This document shows, piece after piece, positions 18,667 to 28,275 of a DNA stretch of 64,000 bases (the first letter of the stretch is position 1; each line of letters begins with the position of its first letter). Below the pieces are notes generated by a model. That model worked only from the letters and a program-made list of their open reading frames with translations. It did not search any database and was not told where the DNA came from. Location of the stretch: the NCBI GenBank assembly GCA_965203555.1, contig CBDBCY010000004.1, forward strand, positions 1,216,001 to 1,280,000, read 5' to 3'. The translations under genes were made by a program, and so were the position numbers. This DNA is from Acidimicrobiia bacterium. Its GTDB lineage: Bacteria > Actinomycetota > Acidimicrobiia > Spongiisociales > ZC4RG35.

Positions 18667-20631
18667 ATGGCGTTCGAGAACCTGCTGCGGCCGGGGCACA
18701 TCGGGCGGATGTACATGCGCAACCGCCTGATCGTGGGTCCGATGGAGAAGTCCCTTGCCAATCTTGACGGCAGTCTCAACCAGCGCTACATCGCCTATGC
18801 CCGCCGACGGGCCATGGGCGGCGCGGCGTTGATCCAGTTGGAGTCGACCTACGTGTCGCCCGAGGGCCGGGGGAATCCCCCCCAGGTCGGATGCCACGGA
18901 GATCATGTCATACCAGCCTTGACCGAGATGGCCGGTCAGCTTCATCGCCACGGCGCCAAGCTGGCCATGGAACTCAACCACGGAGGCCGCCAAGCGGGGG
19001 TCACCGCCCACCATCGGCGCCCGATCGCGCCGTCGGCGATCGGCTCCACGTTCATGGACCCCGGGTCGGTCCCCCGGGAGATGACCCTGGCGGACATCCG
19101 GCGGGTGATAGACGATTTCGGGCGAGCGGCTGAACGATGCCTGGCGGCCGGAGTCGACATGATCCACCTCCACGGAGCGCACGGGTACCTGCTGGGTCAG
19201 TTCCTCTCCCCTCGTTCCAACCGGCGAACCGACCGCTATGGGGGTTCGCTCGAGAACCGGGCCCGCTTCGCGTTGGAGGTGCTGGCCGCGGTCCGCAAGG
19301 TGGTTGGCGACAGGTACCCGATCGGATACCGCATCTCGGCATCCGAATATGTGGAAGGCGGCCTGGAGGCGGAGGAATCGGCGCTCTTCGCGGTGATGCT
19401 GGCCGAGGCCGGGATTGATCTCATCGACGTGGCCGGCGGCACTTATGAGTCGATGTCGAAGATCTTCCAGGGTCCGGAAGCGCCCAAGGGAGGTTTCGTG
19501 GCGGAGGCGTCGGTGATCCAGCGGGCGGTCGGAGACCGGGTGCCGGTGAGCGTGGCGCAGCGGATGAACGATCCGGTGTTCGCCGACCAGGTGATGGAGA
19601 GGGAGGGATTCGAATACGTGACCCTGGCGCGGGCTTTTCACGCCGATCCTGACTACGTACTGAAGCTCATGGAAGACCGCGCCGAAGACATAGTGCCCTG
19701 CATCAGCTGCAACACCTGTGTCAACCTCACCGTGGCCCGAACTCCCGCGGGGTGCGCGGCCAATCCGGTTAGTGCTCACGAGTATTCGCGAACCACCCCC
19801 ATGAAGGCAGCCGTGCCCCAGCGGGTGATGGTGATCGGAGGTGGACCGGCGGGGATGCACGCCGCCCGCTTTCTGGGAAAGGGGGGACACGATGTGACTC
19901 TGTGCGAGGCGACCGGGCAACTGGGTGGACAGCTCCATTACCTGCGTAAGGCCCTGCCCGAGTACGGGACACTGGTCGACTGGTTGGCGCTCGAGTTGGC
20001 CAAGGTGGGGGTGACGGTGGAGTTGGGGCGTTCGATCGGCGTCGAGGACGTGCGGGAGGCGGACCCTGATGCCGTGGTTGTGGCCACCGGCGCGAGGGGC
20101 GGTTATCTGTGGGCCGAGGAGTCCGGTCGCACCATCCCGTTGTTTGACGTCTTCTCGGCACTGGAGCGTCCGCCCGGGAAGTGGGAGAAGACAGTCGCGA
20201 TCCTCGGCGGGGACTATGCAGCCTGCGCGGTGGCGCTCCATCTACGTCGGTCGAGCGTGGAGGTCCACATCATCGAGAGCGGCGCTTCGCTGGCATCCGA
20301 CGGGGAGTTCAACGGACTGTTGATGGAGATGGAACTCGACGCCGACCCGGGAGTGCATATCCACCGGGAAACCACAACCGAACTCATCACCGGCGACCGG
20401 GTTGGGATCCAGACCCTTGGGAAACAGAGTTGGCTGGAAGTGGGCGCGGTGGTGATCGGAGGCCGGGTGCCCAGAAACCGGCTGGCGGACAAGCTACGGC
20501 AGGCAGACCTTCGCGCTTCGGTCTACCCCATCGGCGACGCCGTGGCGGCCCGGGACCTATACGCGGCCGGCCAAGAGGCCGCAGAGGTAGCCGAGAAGGT
20601 GGGCCTGATGTCTCTGCCGGCGTTTATCTAA
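18667..20631 (+). CDS. NADH:flavin oxidoreductase (OYE-like, 2,4-dienoyl-CoA reductase type) with Fe-S and FAD domains
   Basis: HGAHGYLLGQFLSP.SN.RTD.YGGSLENR, CISCNTC..C, VIGGGPAG. Confidence 0.9.
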   Translation: MAFENLLRPGHIGRMYMRNRLIVGPMEKSLANLDGSLNQRYIAYARRRAMGGAALIQLESTYVSPEGRGNPPQVGCHGDHVIPALTEMAGQLHRHGAKLAMELNHGGRQAGVTAHHRRPIAPSAIGSTFMDPGSVPREMTLADIRRVIDDFGRAAERCLAAGVDMIHLHGAHGYLLGQFLSPRSNRRTDRYGGSLENRARFALEVLAAVRKVVGDRYPIGYRISASEYVEGGLEAEESALFAVMLAEAGIDLIDVAGGTYESMSKIFQGPEAPKGGFVAEASVIQRAVGDRVPVSVAQRMNDPVFADQVMEREGFEYVTLARAFHADPDYVLKLMEDRAEDIVPCISCNTCVNLTVARTPAGCAANPVSAHEYSRTTPMKAAVPQRVMVIGGGPAGMHAARFLGKGGHDVTLCEATGQLGGQLHYLRKALPEYGTLVDWLALELAKVGVTVELGRSIGVEDVREADPDAVVVATGARGGYLWAEESGRTIPLFDVFSALERPPGKWEKTVAILGGDYAACAVALHLRRSSVEVHIIESGASLASDGEFNGLLMEMELDADPGVHIHRETTTELITGDRVGIQTLGKQSWLEVGAVVIGGRVPRNRLADKLRQADLRASVYPIGDAVAARDLYAAGQEAAEVAEKVGLMSLPAFI

Positions 20632-20633
20632 TC

Positions 20634-20748
20634 AAACGAAAAGGGACCCCGTGCTTCATGCGGGCCCCGAGACCCGAGGGGAAACAGGGAGGTGAGCCTT
20701 GCAGGGCGGGTCAGGGGCCTAAGACCCCTGACCCGACTCGCTTTCTTT
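20634..20748. terminator. Pair of stem-loops between convergent genes
   Basis: Imperfect hairpin 20643-20668 preceded by A-run (U-tract on minus strand); CGGGTCAGGGG/CCCCTGACCCG hairpin 20707-20735 followed by T-rich tract. Confidence 0.65.
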
Positions 20749-20764
20749 ACAGACTGTGTCCTCT

Positions 20765-21178
20765 CTAGCCGCTTTTCGCCATCGCCATGTCGCGCAAGAT
20801 CACAAGGGCTGCGAGGGCATGACCGAAGACAATGTGGCCATAGAAGCTGGTCCCTATTCCAAACTGGAACACGTCGCCGCCAGCGATTAGCGGCATGATG
20901 AGGTTGGCGCCCATGACCCACCAGAGAAGGCCGTAGATCAGACCACCCACCACGATGTCCACCAGCCGGTTACCCAGCTTCACGATCCGCGTGAAGAATG
21001 CCGTGTACACACCGCCGATGATGGCGCTGAAGACAACGTGCAGGATGAAACCTACGAAGTCGTTGGCATTGATCATGCTACCGACCATGTCCTGCATTCC
21101 CCCGCCGGCGTAAGCGAGGAAAAGATATCCGGCCATGATGCCAGGGATGATGCCCCTGACAAATGTGTTGTTTTGCAT
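20765..21178 (-). CDS. Small integral membrane protein (about 4 TM)
   Basis: Hydrophobic helices, GFILH.VFS.IIG, GLIYGLLWWVMG..LIMP, GHIVFG motifs; GAAAGGG RBS. Confidence 0.75.
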   Translation of the reverse strand: MQNNTFVRGIIPGIMAGYLFLAYAGGGMQDMVGSMINANDFVGFILHVVFSAIIGGVYTAFFTRIVKLGNRLVDIVVGGLIYGLLWWVMGANLIMPLIAGGDVFQFGIGTSFYGHIVFGHALAALVILRDMAMAKSG

Positions 21179-21464
21179 GTTGCCCTTTCTCGGGGAGACT
21201 GCTACGTGTCAAAAGGCTACCCAGGAAACCGTCTCGCAGGACGGAACTCCACCACTGAAGTCGGAAGTTGGCCAGGATACCTTTCATGCCCTGTTGGCCT
21301 AGCCGTGCCGCCGTTTAGTGGTTTTTCACAGGTTACCCAAGCCCATCTCAACCATCCAGCGCCACCCAACGGGGGCGGTCTGTTCTTCCCGTTCCGAGAG
21401 GCCAGGCTCTATCAGACTTCGCAGTGAGCAGGATGGGCAGGATAGGGAATGTCGGGATGGGCCG

Positions 21465-23579
21465 TTAGTTCAAGGGGATGGTGAATGAGCGCGGCCCATT
21501 GGGGTCGCTGGCCGTTTTCCCTCCGATCGCTATTTCAAGTCCTGCCTCATGTTGGCGCACGGCGAAGTTGGCGCAGCTCGGCGTTCCGGGATTCCACGGG
21601 TCGTCGGGTCTTATGCCCAGAGACCCCTGCGACATCTCGGGGAGCGCCACCCACTCGCCGTCGATCCAGGCTCTCGGGCGGCGGATCGCCGCGCTGCGGA
21701 CCTGGCGGGCGAGACAGTGCGGCGCCTTAACCGTGAAGTCCTCGACGAACATCCCAAAGGAAGTGAAGTTTGCGCGCCTGGCGAAGCGTATGGTTCCTAC
21801 GAAGCGCCTGTGTCCCGACGCGAGATCGGTCACGTGCAGGGTTATCGCGCTACCCCCGTTCATCTCCTCCTCGGTGACCTCGAAGCGATAGGCCGACCCC
21901 ACCGCCCACGGATAGTGCATCTCGCAGTTGATTCCCGTTCCTTCGCCCCCGAAGGGGGTGCACAGGACATCGCTTGCGTTGTCGATGAGTTCGGCATCGC
22001 CGTACCCGGGGGCGTTCCAAACCGAGAACTGAAGCTGTCGGCCGAAAGGGATCCCGCCGCTCTGCAGGCCCGTATAACCCCCGTCCCACTGGATCGCGGC
22101 GTAATAGGTGCCCGCCGGGTCGGTCAGTGGGGTCATGTCGATCGAATATCCCGCACTGGCGGTCCGGTTCTTGATCCACATGTAGGCATGTGCCGCCGGA
22201 GGGTTGCTGTGGGTCGTGGACAGCGTTGTCAACTCCTCGCTCACCCGCGAGTACTGGTTCTCGACGGTGACCGACAGGGCGCCCTCCCCCGGCCAGCCCG
22301 CCACCCAGGTCGCCTGGAAGCGGCCCAGGGCGTCCGTAGCGCCCTGAGGAGGGTAAACCCAGCCCGAGTGCCGGTCGGTCGACCACCGGTACCTTGCGTT
22401 GACGACCGGTGACCCTCGGCCGTCCAAGGCTGTGGCCATGATTGTGTCCGCGCCCTGCGTGCCCGCCTTGGCGGACCTCAGGGCCGCAGGTTCCACCGCC
22501 ACCTCCGCAATCTTCTGTGCCACCGCCACCGTAGCCATGGTTGACGCAGACCCGGCAGTGGCGGTGATCGTGGCGGTGCCGTTGCTCACCGCCGTCACCA
22601 GTCCGGTGGCGTTCACCGTGGCCACCGTGTCGTGGCTGGACTCCCATGAGAACTTCGCGCCTGCCACCACCTTGCCGCTCTGATCCCGCAACTCGCCTAT
22701 GAGTAGCACGGTCTCGCCCAGCGCCGACAATTCAACAGTGGCGGGCGTGATTGTTTGCTGGACGGCGGCGATCCCGAGAGCCCGGGCCAAGAAAGTGGCC
22801 ATCTGCGCCCGAGTCGTAAGGCTATCAGGACAAAAGCGGGCCGGTTCTGTAGCACAGCCCGCGGTGATCCCCGACGCCGCCAAGGCGCTGATATCAGCCA
22901 GATGGGAATTCCCCTTCAACACATCAACGAACCCATTCGCAGGCGCCGGCTCCAGTTGGAAAGCTCTAACCAGAAAAGAAGCCATCTGCTGGCGGGTAAC
23001 CGGATCGGCAGGACAAAAACGAGCCGGCTCGACCGCACAGCCCAGGGTTATCCCCAGATCAGCCAAACGCTCCACATAAGGCAACCACCACTCCCCCGCA
23101 TCCACATCCGAAAACCTCGAGGACCCCGCCGGATCAGGTTCGGCATCGTCCACGGCCCGCACCAACCATACAGCCATCACCCAACGCTGGATCGGTCCCG
23201 CCGGACAGAACTCCTCCGGGCCACACTCGGTTCCCTCCAAGACGCCCCTCTCCAAAAGCGTCTCAACATTCCGCCGGTGCACACCCGCACCCGCTATATC
23301 CGAATACCCCTCCTCCGCCACCAAAACCCCCTCCACACCCGACAAAACCGCAAACTCCTGTACCACCCCCGAAACGGGACCCACCCCGCCAAACCCCAGT
23401 CCACCAGCGACAACCATGACCCCCACCACGCCCGCCACACCACGAACGGCTCTCCATCGTAAGATAACAGCCCTAAACACAGCAATCCTCAAACTCGGAA
23501 CCACACAACAGGTCACCAATACCACGGCCAAAGGACCGCGCCTTTGCCCCACTGTAATAAGTGACTCTGCCAAGGCCAC
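21465..23579 (-). CDS. Surface protein: 3 SLH domains + Ig-like (Big_2) + DUF3472-like domain (start uncertain)
   Basis: Repeats GIT.GC..EPARFCP...TR.QMA.FL.RA; WESS...VATVNATGLVTAVSNGTATITAT; GYTGLQ..FSVW..FGGEGTG..YPW..FVEDF. Confidence 0.82.
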   Translation of the reverse strand: MALAESLITVGQRRGPLAVVLVTCCVVPSLRIAVFRAVILRWRAVRGVAGVVGVMVVAGGLGFGGVGPVSGVVQEFAVLSGVEGVLVAEEGYSDIAGAGVHRRNVETLLERGVLEGTECGPEEFCPAGPIQRWVMAVWLVRAVDDAEPDPAGSSRFSDVDAGEWWLPYVERLADLGITLGCAVEPARFCPADPVTRQQMASFLVRAFQLEPAPANGFVDVLKGNSHLADISALAASGITAGCATEPARFCPDSLTTRAQMATFLARALGIAAVQQTITPATVELSALGETVLLIGELRDQSGKVVAGAKFSWESSHDTVATVNATGLVTAVSNGTATITATAGSASTMATVAVAQKIAEVAVEPAALRSAKAGTQGADTIMATALDGRGSPVVNARYRWSTDRHSGWVYPPQGATDALGRFQATWVAGWPGEGALSVTVENQYSRVSEELTTLSTTHSNPPAAHAYMWIKNRTASAGYSIDMTPLTDPAGTYYAAIQWDGGYTGLQSGGIPFGRQLQFSVWNAPGYGDAELIDNASDVLCTPFGGEGTGINCEMHYPWAVGSAYRFEVTEEEMNGGSAITLHVTDLASGHRRFVGTIRFARRANFTSFGMFVEDFTVKAPHCLARQVRSAAIRRPRAWIDGEWVALPEMSQGSLGIRPDDPWNPGTPSCANFAVRQHEAGLEIAIGGKTASDPNGPRSFTIPLN

Positions 23580-23629
23580 TACCAGCCCTCCGAGCCGCCG
23601 GGTGAAGCATTGGAGAGAGGAAAAACCAC

Positions 23630-23929
23630 ATGTCCGGATATGTCATTGTGACCGCAGAGGTCGGAGACGAGCCACTGTACGCAGAAGTTGTCAAACGGGC
23701 ACCTGAAGTTGTTGCCCAGCATGGAGGAAAGTACCTGGTGCGGGGCGGAAACATCGAGCAGGTTAGCGGAGGCTGGACAACCAACTGGGTGGTTGTAATT
23801 AGATTCGACAGCCTTGACCGAGCCAGGACTTTCCTCGATTCACCCGAACAGTCGGAGATCCTGTCCGAGATCAATAACATTGGCGATGATTTGGCCGATG
23901 TGAAGATCATCCTGGTGGAGGGCCTGTAA
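23630..23929 (+). CDS. DUF1330 domain protein
   Basis: HGGKYLVRGG..E...G.W....VVIRFDS.D.A..F..SPE...LVEGL; GAGG RBS. Confidence 0.88.
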   Translation: MSGYVIVTAEVGDEPLYAEVVKRAPEVVAQHGGKYLVRGGNIEQVSGGWTTNWVVVIRFDSLDRARTFLDSPEQSEILSEINNIGDDLADVKIILVEGL

Positions 23930-24133
23930 GTCGCCTGCTCTCTACTATGTGCTGCGGAAGCGACTGCTCAAAGCCCCCGGTCCCCCAAACAAGACACCGA
24001 AACACCGCAACTTCGCGACAGCCCTGAGACAATCCACAAGGTCGCTACATCTCAGAAACAGGACACCTTAGGGGCGCTGCTACTTCTACAATTTCTGTCA
24101 GCCCGCTATCTCAACAACGAAGAGGAACAACAG

Positions 24134-24286
24134 ATGGCCGATCAACGGGAAACAAACGAAGAAGAGCGGCTACATGCGCTCTTCGACAAGTGGCACGCTC
24201 AAGCCCCGCCGCCGGATCGAGTCTATGAAATAGTGCGCAACCTGTTTGACAAGTGGCACGCCGAGGCTCACCAACAGTCAGACTGA
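24134..24286 (+). CDS. 50 aa hypothetical microprotein with internal LFDKWHA repeat
   Basis: GAGG RBS, ATG 24134, TGA 24286; MADQRETNEEERLHALFDKWHAQAPPPDRVYEIVRNLFDKWHAEAHQQSD. Confidence 0.55.
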   Translation: MADQRETNEEERLHALFDKWHAQAPPPDRVYEIVRNLFDKWHAEAHQQSD

Positions 24287-24355
24287 TCCGCTACCAGTAG
24301 GGGACGGCTGCACCCGATCTTCGAGAGAACGAGAGCGCTCGCTTCGATCCAATAC

Positions 24356-25990
24356 TCAGGCGGACCGGGCTTGGGCGGCTAAGAGTTTGCGGTTGAGTTT
24401 GCCGGTTGAGGTCTTGGGCAGGTTTTCCACGTATTCGACCATCCGGGGGTACTTGTAGGCCGCCAGTTGGGTCTTGACCTGGGCCTGGAGTTCCTGGGTC
24501 AGTTCATCTCCCGCCCGATGCCCGTCGGCCAGCACCACCATCGCCTTGACCACATGGCCCCTGATCTGATCGGGAGCAGGGATGACGGCCACTTCTGCGA
24601 CTGCAGGATGGCGGACCAGGGACTCCTCGACCTCGGCAGGGCCGATGCGATAACCGGCGCTGGCGATCATGTCGTCGTCGCGACCCAGGAAGCGGATGTA
24701 GCCGCTGGCGTCCAGGGTGGCCTGGTCGCCGGTCATGATCCAACCGTCTCGGCGCATGCCCGCAGTTGCCGCCGGGTTGCCCCAGTACTCGAGCATCTGG
24801 GTGGGATCGCCCGGCCGCACCGCTATCTCGCCGATCTCGCCCGGGCGGATCTCCTCTCCACTCTCGTCCAAGAGGGCCACCTCTCGGCCCGGGTAGGGCA
24901 GTCCCATCCATCCGGGCTGGCCGGGCCACAGGGCCTCGCATCCACCCACCAGGTGGTTGACCTCGGTGAGCCCGTAGAACTCGTTGATGACCGCTCCCAG
25001 GTCCCGTTCGCTCCACCGGTGCAACTCGTCGGCCACCGACTCTCCCCCGCTGGCTATCACGCGGAGATCGAGGTCGAAGCGAGGACCGGGGTCGGGCACC
25101 TGCGCCATCACCTTGAGGGCGGTGGGGGTCAAGAAGGCATGGGTGACGCCGTTTCGACCGATGACCTCGAAGGCCCGCTCGGCGGAGAAGCGCTCCTCGT
25201 CGGCAACAACCGGGCGGCCGAAGACGAGAGCCGGAAGCAGTATATCGAGGAGTCCTCCCACCCACGCCCAGTCGGACGGGGTGTAGAACACGGTGGACTC
25301 GTCGAACTCCACGTTGAAGAACAGCTTGAAAGTGAGGAGGTACCCCTCGAGGATCCGGTGAGCATGGAGAGCGCCCTTGGGATGGCCGGTGCTTCCCGAC
25401 GTGTAGAGCAGCAGCGCCGGATCCTCCGACCACGTGTCGACCGGGTCGAAGTCGGACGGGTAGCCGTCGGCCTCGGACAGCGACCGCTCCCCCTCTCCGG
25501 GCTGTCCCGAGATGACCACCGTACCCAGAGCCGGCAGATCAGCGCGGACCGATCGGATCGGGTCGGCGTAAGGCTCCCCCACCACGATGACGCCGGTCGC
25601 CGAATCGGACAGGATGTGCCGGTAAGAGTCGGGACCGTACAGAATCGACATGGGAAGGGCGACAGCGCCGACTGAATAGACCGCCAGATGGAGAGCTGCC
25701 AACTCGGCGCCCTGCTGCATCACCAGCGAGACGCGGTCACCGGGCTGTACTCCCAAAGACACCAGGAAATTGGCGTAACGCTTGGCCAGTCTGATCAGGC
25801 GCCAGTAGGACCAGGTGTCCCGGCGCCCATCGCAGTGTTCAACATAGATGGCGACCCGGCCACGATCGTCGCTCCAGCGGTCGAAGACCTCCGAGGCCAT
25901 GTTCATCCGTTCGGGGATGTCCCACTCGAAGCCTTCCACCAGCGCCCGGTAGCCGCCGAAACCGAGCAGGTCTGTATCTGCAATTCGCAT
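24356..25990 (-). CDS. AMP-binding acyl-CoA synthetase (medium-chain/acetate-CoA ligase family)
   Basis: YTSGSTGHPKG, YGLTE, TGD, GRDDD, YRIGP.EVE, LPKTSTGK. Confidence 0.92.
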   Translation of the reverse strand: MRIADTDLLGFGGYRALVEGFEWDIPERMNMASEVFDRWSDDRGRVAIYVEHCDGRRDTWSYWRLIRLAKRYANFLVSLGVQPGDRVSLVMQQGAELAALHLAVYSVGAVALPMSILYGPDSYRHILSDSATGVIVVGEPYADPIRSVRADLPALGTVVISGQPGEGERSLSEADGYPSDFDPVDTWSEDPALLLYTSGSTGHPKGALHAHRILEGYLLTFKLFFNVEFDESTVFYTPSDWAWVGGLLDILLPALVFGRPVVADEERFSAERAFEVIGRNGVTHAFLTPTALKVMAQVPDPGPRFDLDLRVIASGGESVADELHRWSERDLGAVINEFYGLTEVNHLVGGCEALWPGQPGWMGLPYPGREVALLDESGEEIRPGEIGEIAVRPGDPTQMLEYWGNPAATAGMRRDGWIMTGDQATLDASGYIRFLGRDDDMIASAGYRIGPAEVEESLVRHPAVAEVAVIPAPDQIRGHVVKAMVVLADGHRAGDELTQELQAQVKTQLAAYKYPRMVEYVENLPKTSTGKLNRKLLAAQARSA

Positions 25991-26058
25991 TAGGGCGATT
26001 CTAGAGAGCCGGCGGGTACCGTTTACCGAGCGGAAACCCGCGAAAATCACCCTCTAAA

Positions 26059-26281
26059 TCGCGAAAATCCGGGACGCTTTTGCCGCTGGGCCCACCCCCC
26101 GCCGCCACCACCAGGAGAGGGACGCGCTCGGGTTGTCGGCCAGAAGACGCGTTCCGTAGACATATGACCTCTCTCGCAGAATGGATCCTGCACGGCCCGA
26201 GCGACGCCGGAAGGGACCGGGAGGTGTTTCGACTAAATCCAATATGCACGGGCGCCGTGACGAAGTCAACACTTCACCGCC
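26059..26281 (-). ncRNA. Candidate structured non-coding element, copy B (with -35 TTGACT-N17-CATATT promoter-like motif)
   Basis: Colinear similarity to 5230-5457; ACCTC/GAGGT and CGGTCC/GGGCCG pairings. Confidence 0.45.
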
Positions 26282-26356
26282 GTCTTTTTTCGCGCTTTTC
26301 CACAGGAACGTATATGCGCCGACTCCATGGGCTCCGTTCGTTGAGGTCGACCGCCC

Positions 26357-27265
26357 TCAAGGTCGCGGACGAGAGCGGGAAATGCAGCGGAATCCGATGT
26401 GGCTGGTGGATGTGTCAACGGTCTGGGGCTGGCGGGCAGCGGGACGGTATCGGAAGCAGTACTGGATAGTGCACAGGTGCGATCCTCCTTTGATCACGCC
26501 AGTCGGCAGGGAATCGTCGGAGGCGGGCTGCGGGGCGCAGCAGGGCAACGCCGACGCTTCGACTGAAGGATGCCGGTAGGGATCGCAGGTCCATTCCCAC
26601 ACGTTGCCGGCCATGTCGTGGAGGCCGTAACCGTTGGGTGGGTAGGCGCCGACCGGGCTGGTGTACGTCCATCCGTCCAACTCGGTGTTCTCATAAGGGA
26701 ACCGGCCTTGCCAGGTGTTGGCCAGGGGCGCTTCTTCCTGTGGGTCGTCATCACCCCAGGTGAACTCGGCGCCGTCCAGCCCGCCCCGGGCGGCGTACTC
26801 CCACTCGGCTTCGGTGGGCAACTGCATACCGGCCCAGTGTGCGTAGGCCTCCGCGTCCGGGTAGGCGACATGCACAACCGGATGGTTGTCGAGACCGTCC
26901 AGGGATGATCCCGGTCCGCGGGGATGGCGCCAGTCGGCGTCCGGGGTCCAGGCCCACCAGCGCCAGAACTCCCCCAGGTTCACCGGCCCGGGTGTCATCC
27001 GGAAGACAAGCGATCCGGGAACCAGGTCCTCGGGTTGGACGTCCTGGTATACAGCAGGGTCGGGAGGCCGCTCCGCAAGAGTTGGATAACCGGTGGCCTC
27101 GACGAACCGCCGGAACTGGCGGTTGGTGACCGGGTGAGTATCAACCGTGAACGGCTCGACCGTTACGGTTCGAACGGGGCTCTCTTCGGGATAGTGGTGA
27201 TCCGACCCCATCGAGAACTCACCGCCCGGGAGCCGGACCTGCCGATGATCGGGCGAAGTTATCAT
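26357..27265 (-). CDS. Formylglycine-generating enzyme (SUMF1 family)
   Basis: LPTEAEWEYAARGG, NGYGLHDMAGNVWEW, KGGSHLC...YC.RYRPAAR, GFRC. Confidence 0.92.
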   Translation of the reverse strand: MITSPDHRQVRLPGGEFSMGSDHHYPEESPVRTVTVEPFTVDTHPVTNRQFRRFVEATGYPTLAERPPDPAVYQDVQPEDLVPGSLVFRMTPGPVNLGEFWRWWAWTPDADWRHPRGPGSSLDGLDNHPVVHVAYPDAEAYAHWAGMQLPTEAEWEYAARGGLDGAEFTWGDDDPQEEAPLANTWQGRFPYENTELDGWTYTSPVGAYPPNGYGLHDMAGNVWEWTCDPYRHPSVEASALPCCAPQPASDDSLPTGVIKGGSHLCTIQYCFRYRPAARQPQTVDTSTSHIGFRCISRSRPRP

Positions 27266-27331
27266 CCAACAGGCAAATTACACGTGCCCGGTGAACTCCG
27301 GATCACCCAGGCCCGGCAAGAGAGGACAGAG

Positions 27332-28219
27332 ATGAGCAAGGTCGGTTTTGTCGGCGTGGGAGTGATGGGCATGCCCATGGCGCTCAACCTGATGGCAGGG
27401 GGGCATCAGGTGCGGGTCTTCGACATAGCCCCTTCCGCTGTGGAAGCCGCCGGGCGAAGCGGGGCCGAGGTGGCCATCTCTCCGAAAGATGCTGCGCAAG
27501 GGGCCGATTTCGTCATCACGATGCTGCCAACCGGCAGGCATGTGGCGGACGCAGTGTTCGGCGCTGACGGCATCGCCGAGTCACTGGGCGAAGACTCTCT
27601 GCTGATCGAGATGAGCACCGGGCTCCCCGGTGACTTCGATTCATTGGCGGACCGGTTGAGGTCCCAGGGAAGACGGGCGATAGACGCACCGGTCGGGCGA
27701 ACCTCCAAGGAAGCCGAGGAGGGAACCCTCCTGATCATGGTGGGAGGTGAAACCGAGGACGTGGAACGGGCTCGCCCGATATTGGACTGTATGGGCGACA
27801 CCATCGTCCATTGTGGCCCCGCCGGTGCGGGGATCCGCACCAAGCTGGTCAACAATTACCTTTCGATAGTCTCCAACGTGGTGGTGGCCGAGGCGTTGGC
27901 CATCGCCGAGGGCGCGGGTCTCGACCGGGACACCGTGATTGAGGTGCTGATGGGGACCACCGCGGGGCGGGGCCATCTGGGTACCACCTATCCGGCCAAA
28001 GTCCTCGCCGGCGACGTGGAACCGGGTTTCATGATCGACCTGGCCCGCAAAGACCTGGGCCTTGCCCTGCAAATGAGCACCGGCAATGGCTCGCCGGTGG
28101 TGATGGGAACTTGTGCTCTGCCGGTCTATGACGCCGCCCACCACCAGGGCATGGGTCGTTTGGACTGGACCGCCGTATACAGCATGGTGAGCGGCAAGGA
28201 TGCGAGACCGGGCGGGTAG
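27332..28219 (+). CDS. yihU: Sulfolactaldehyde 3-reductase (beta-hydroxyacid dehydrogenase family)
   Basis: DAPVGRTS (GRT sulfonate pocket), GIRTKLVNNYLSI, GRGH, KVLAGD..PGFMIDLA.KDLGLAL match E. coli YihU as recalled. Confidence 0.75.
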   Translation: MSKVGFVGVGVMGMPMALNLMAGGHQVRVFDIAPSAVEAAGRSGAEVAISPKDAAQGADFVITMLPTGRHVADAVFGADGIAESLGEDSLLIEMSTGLPGDFDSLADRLRSQGRRAIDAPVGRTSKEAEEGTLLIMVGGETEDVERARPILDCMGDTIVHCGPAGAGIRTKLVNNYLSIVSNVVVAEALAIAEGAGLDRDTVIEVLMGTTAGRGHLGTTYPAKVLAGDVEPGFMIDLARKDLGLALQMSTGNGSPVVMGTCALPVYDAAHHQGMGRLDWTAVYSMVSGKDARPGG

Positions 28220-28275
28220 GATTCCCCTCCAGCCGGTACGCCCGTGTCGCATCCCATATCGACCGGGGCGTGGTT

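Noticed and set aside
21180-21460. Possible riboswitch upstream of the membrane protein gene
   Set aside because: No conserved aptamer motifs recognised
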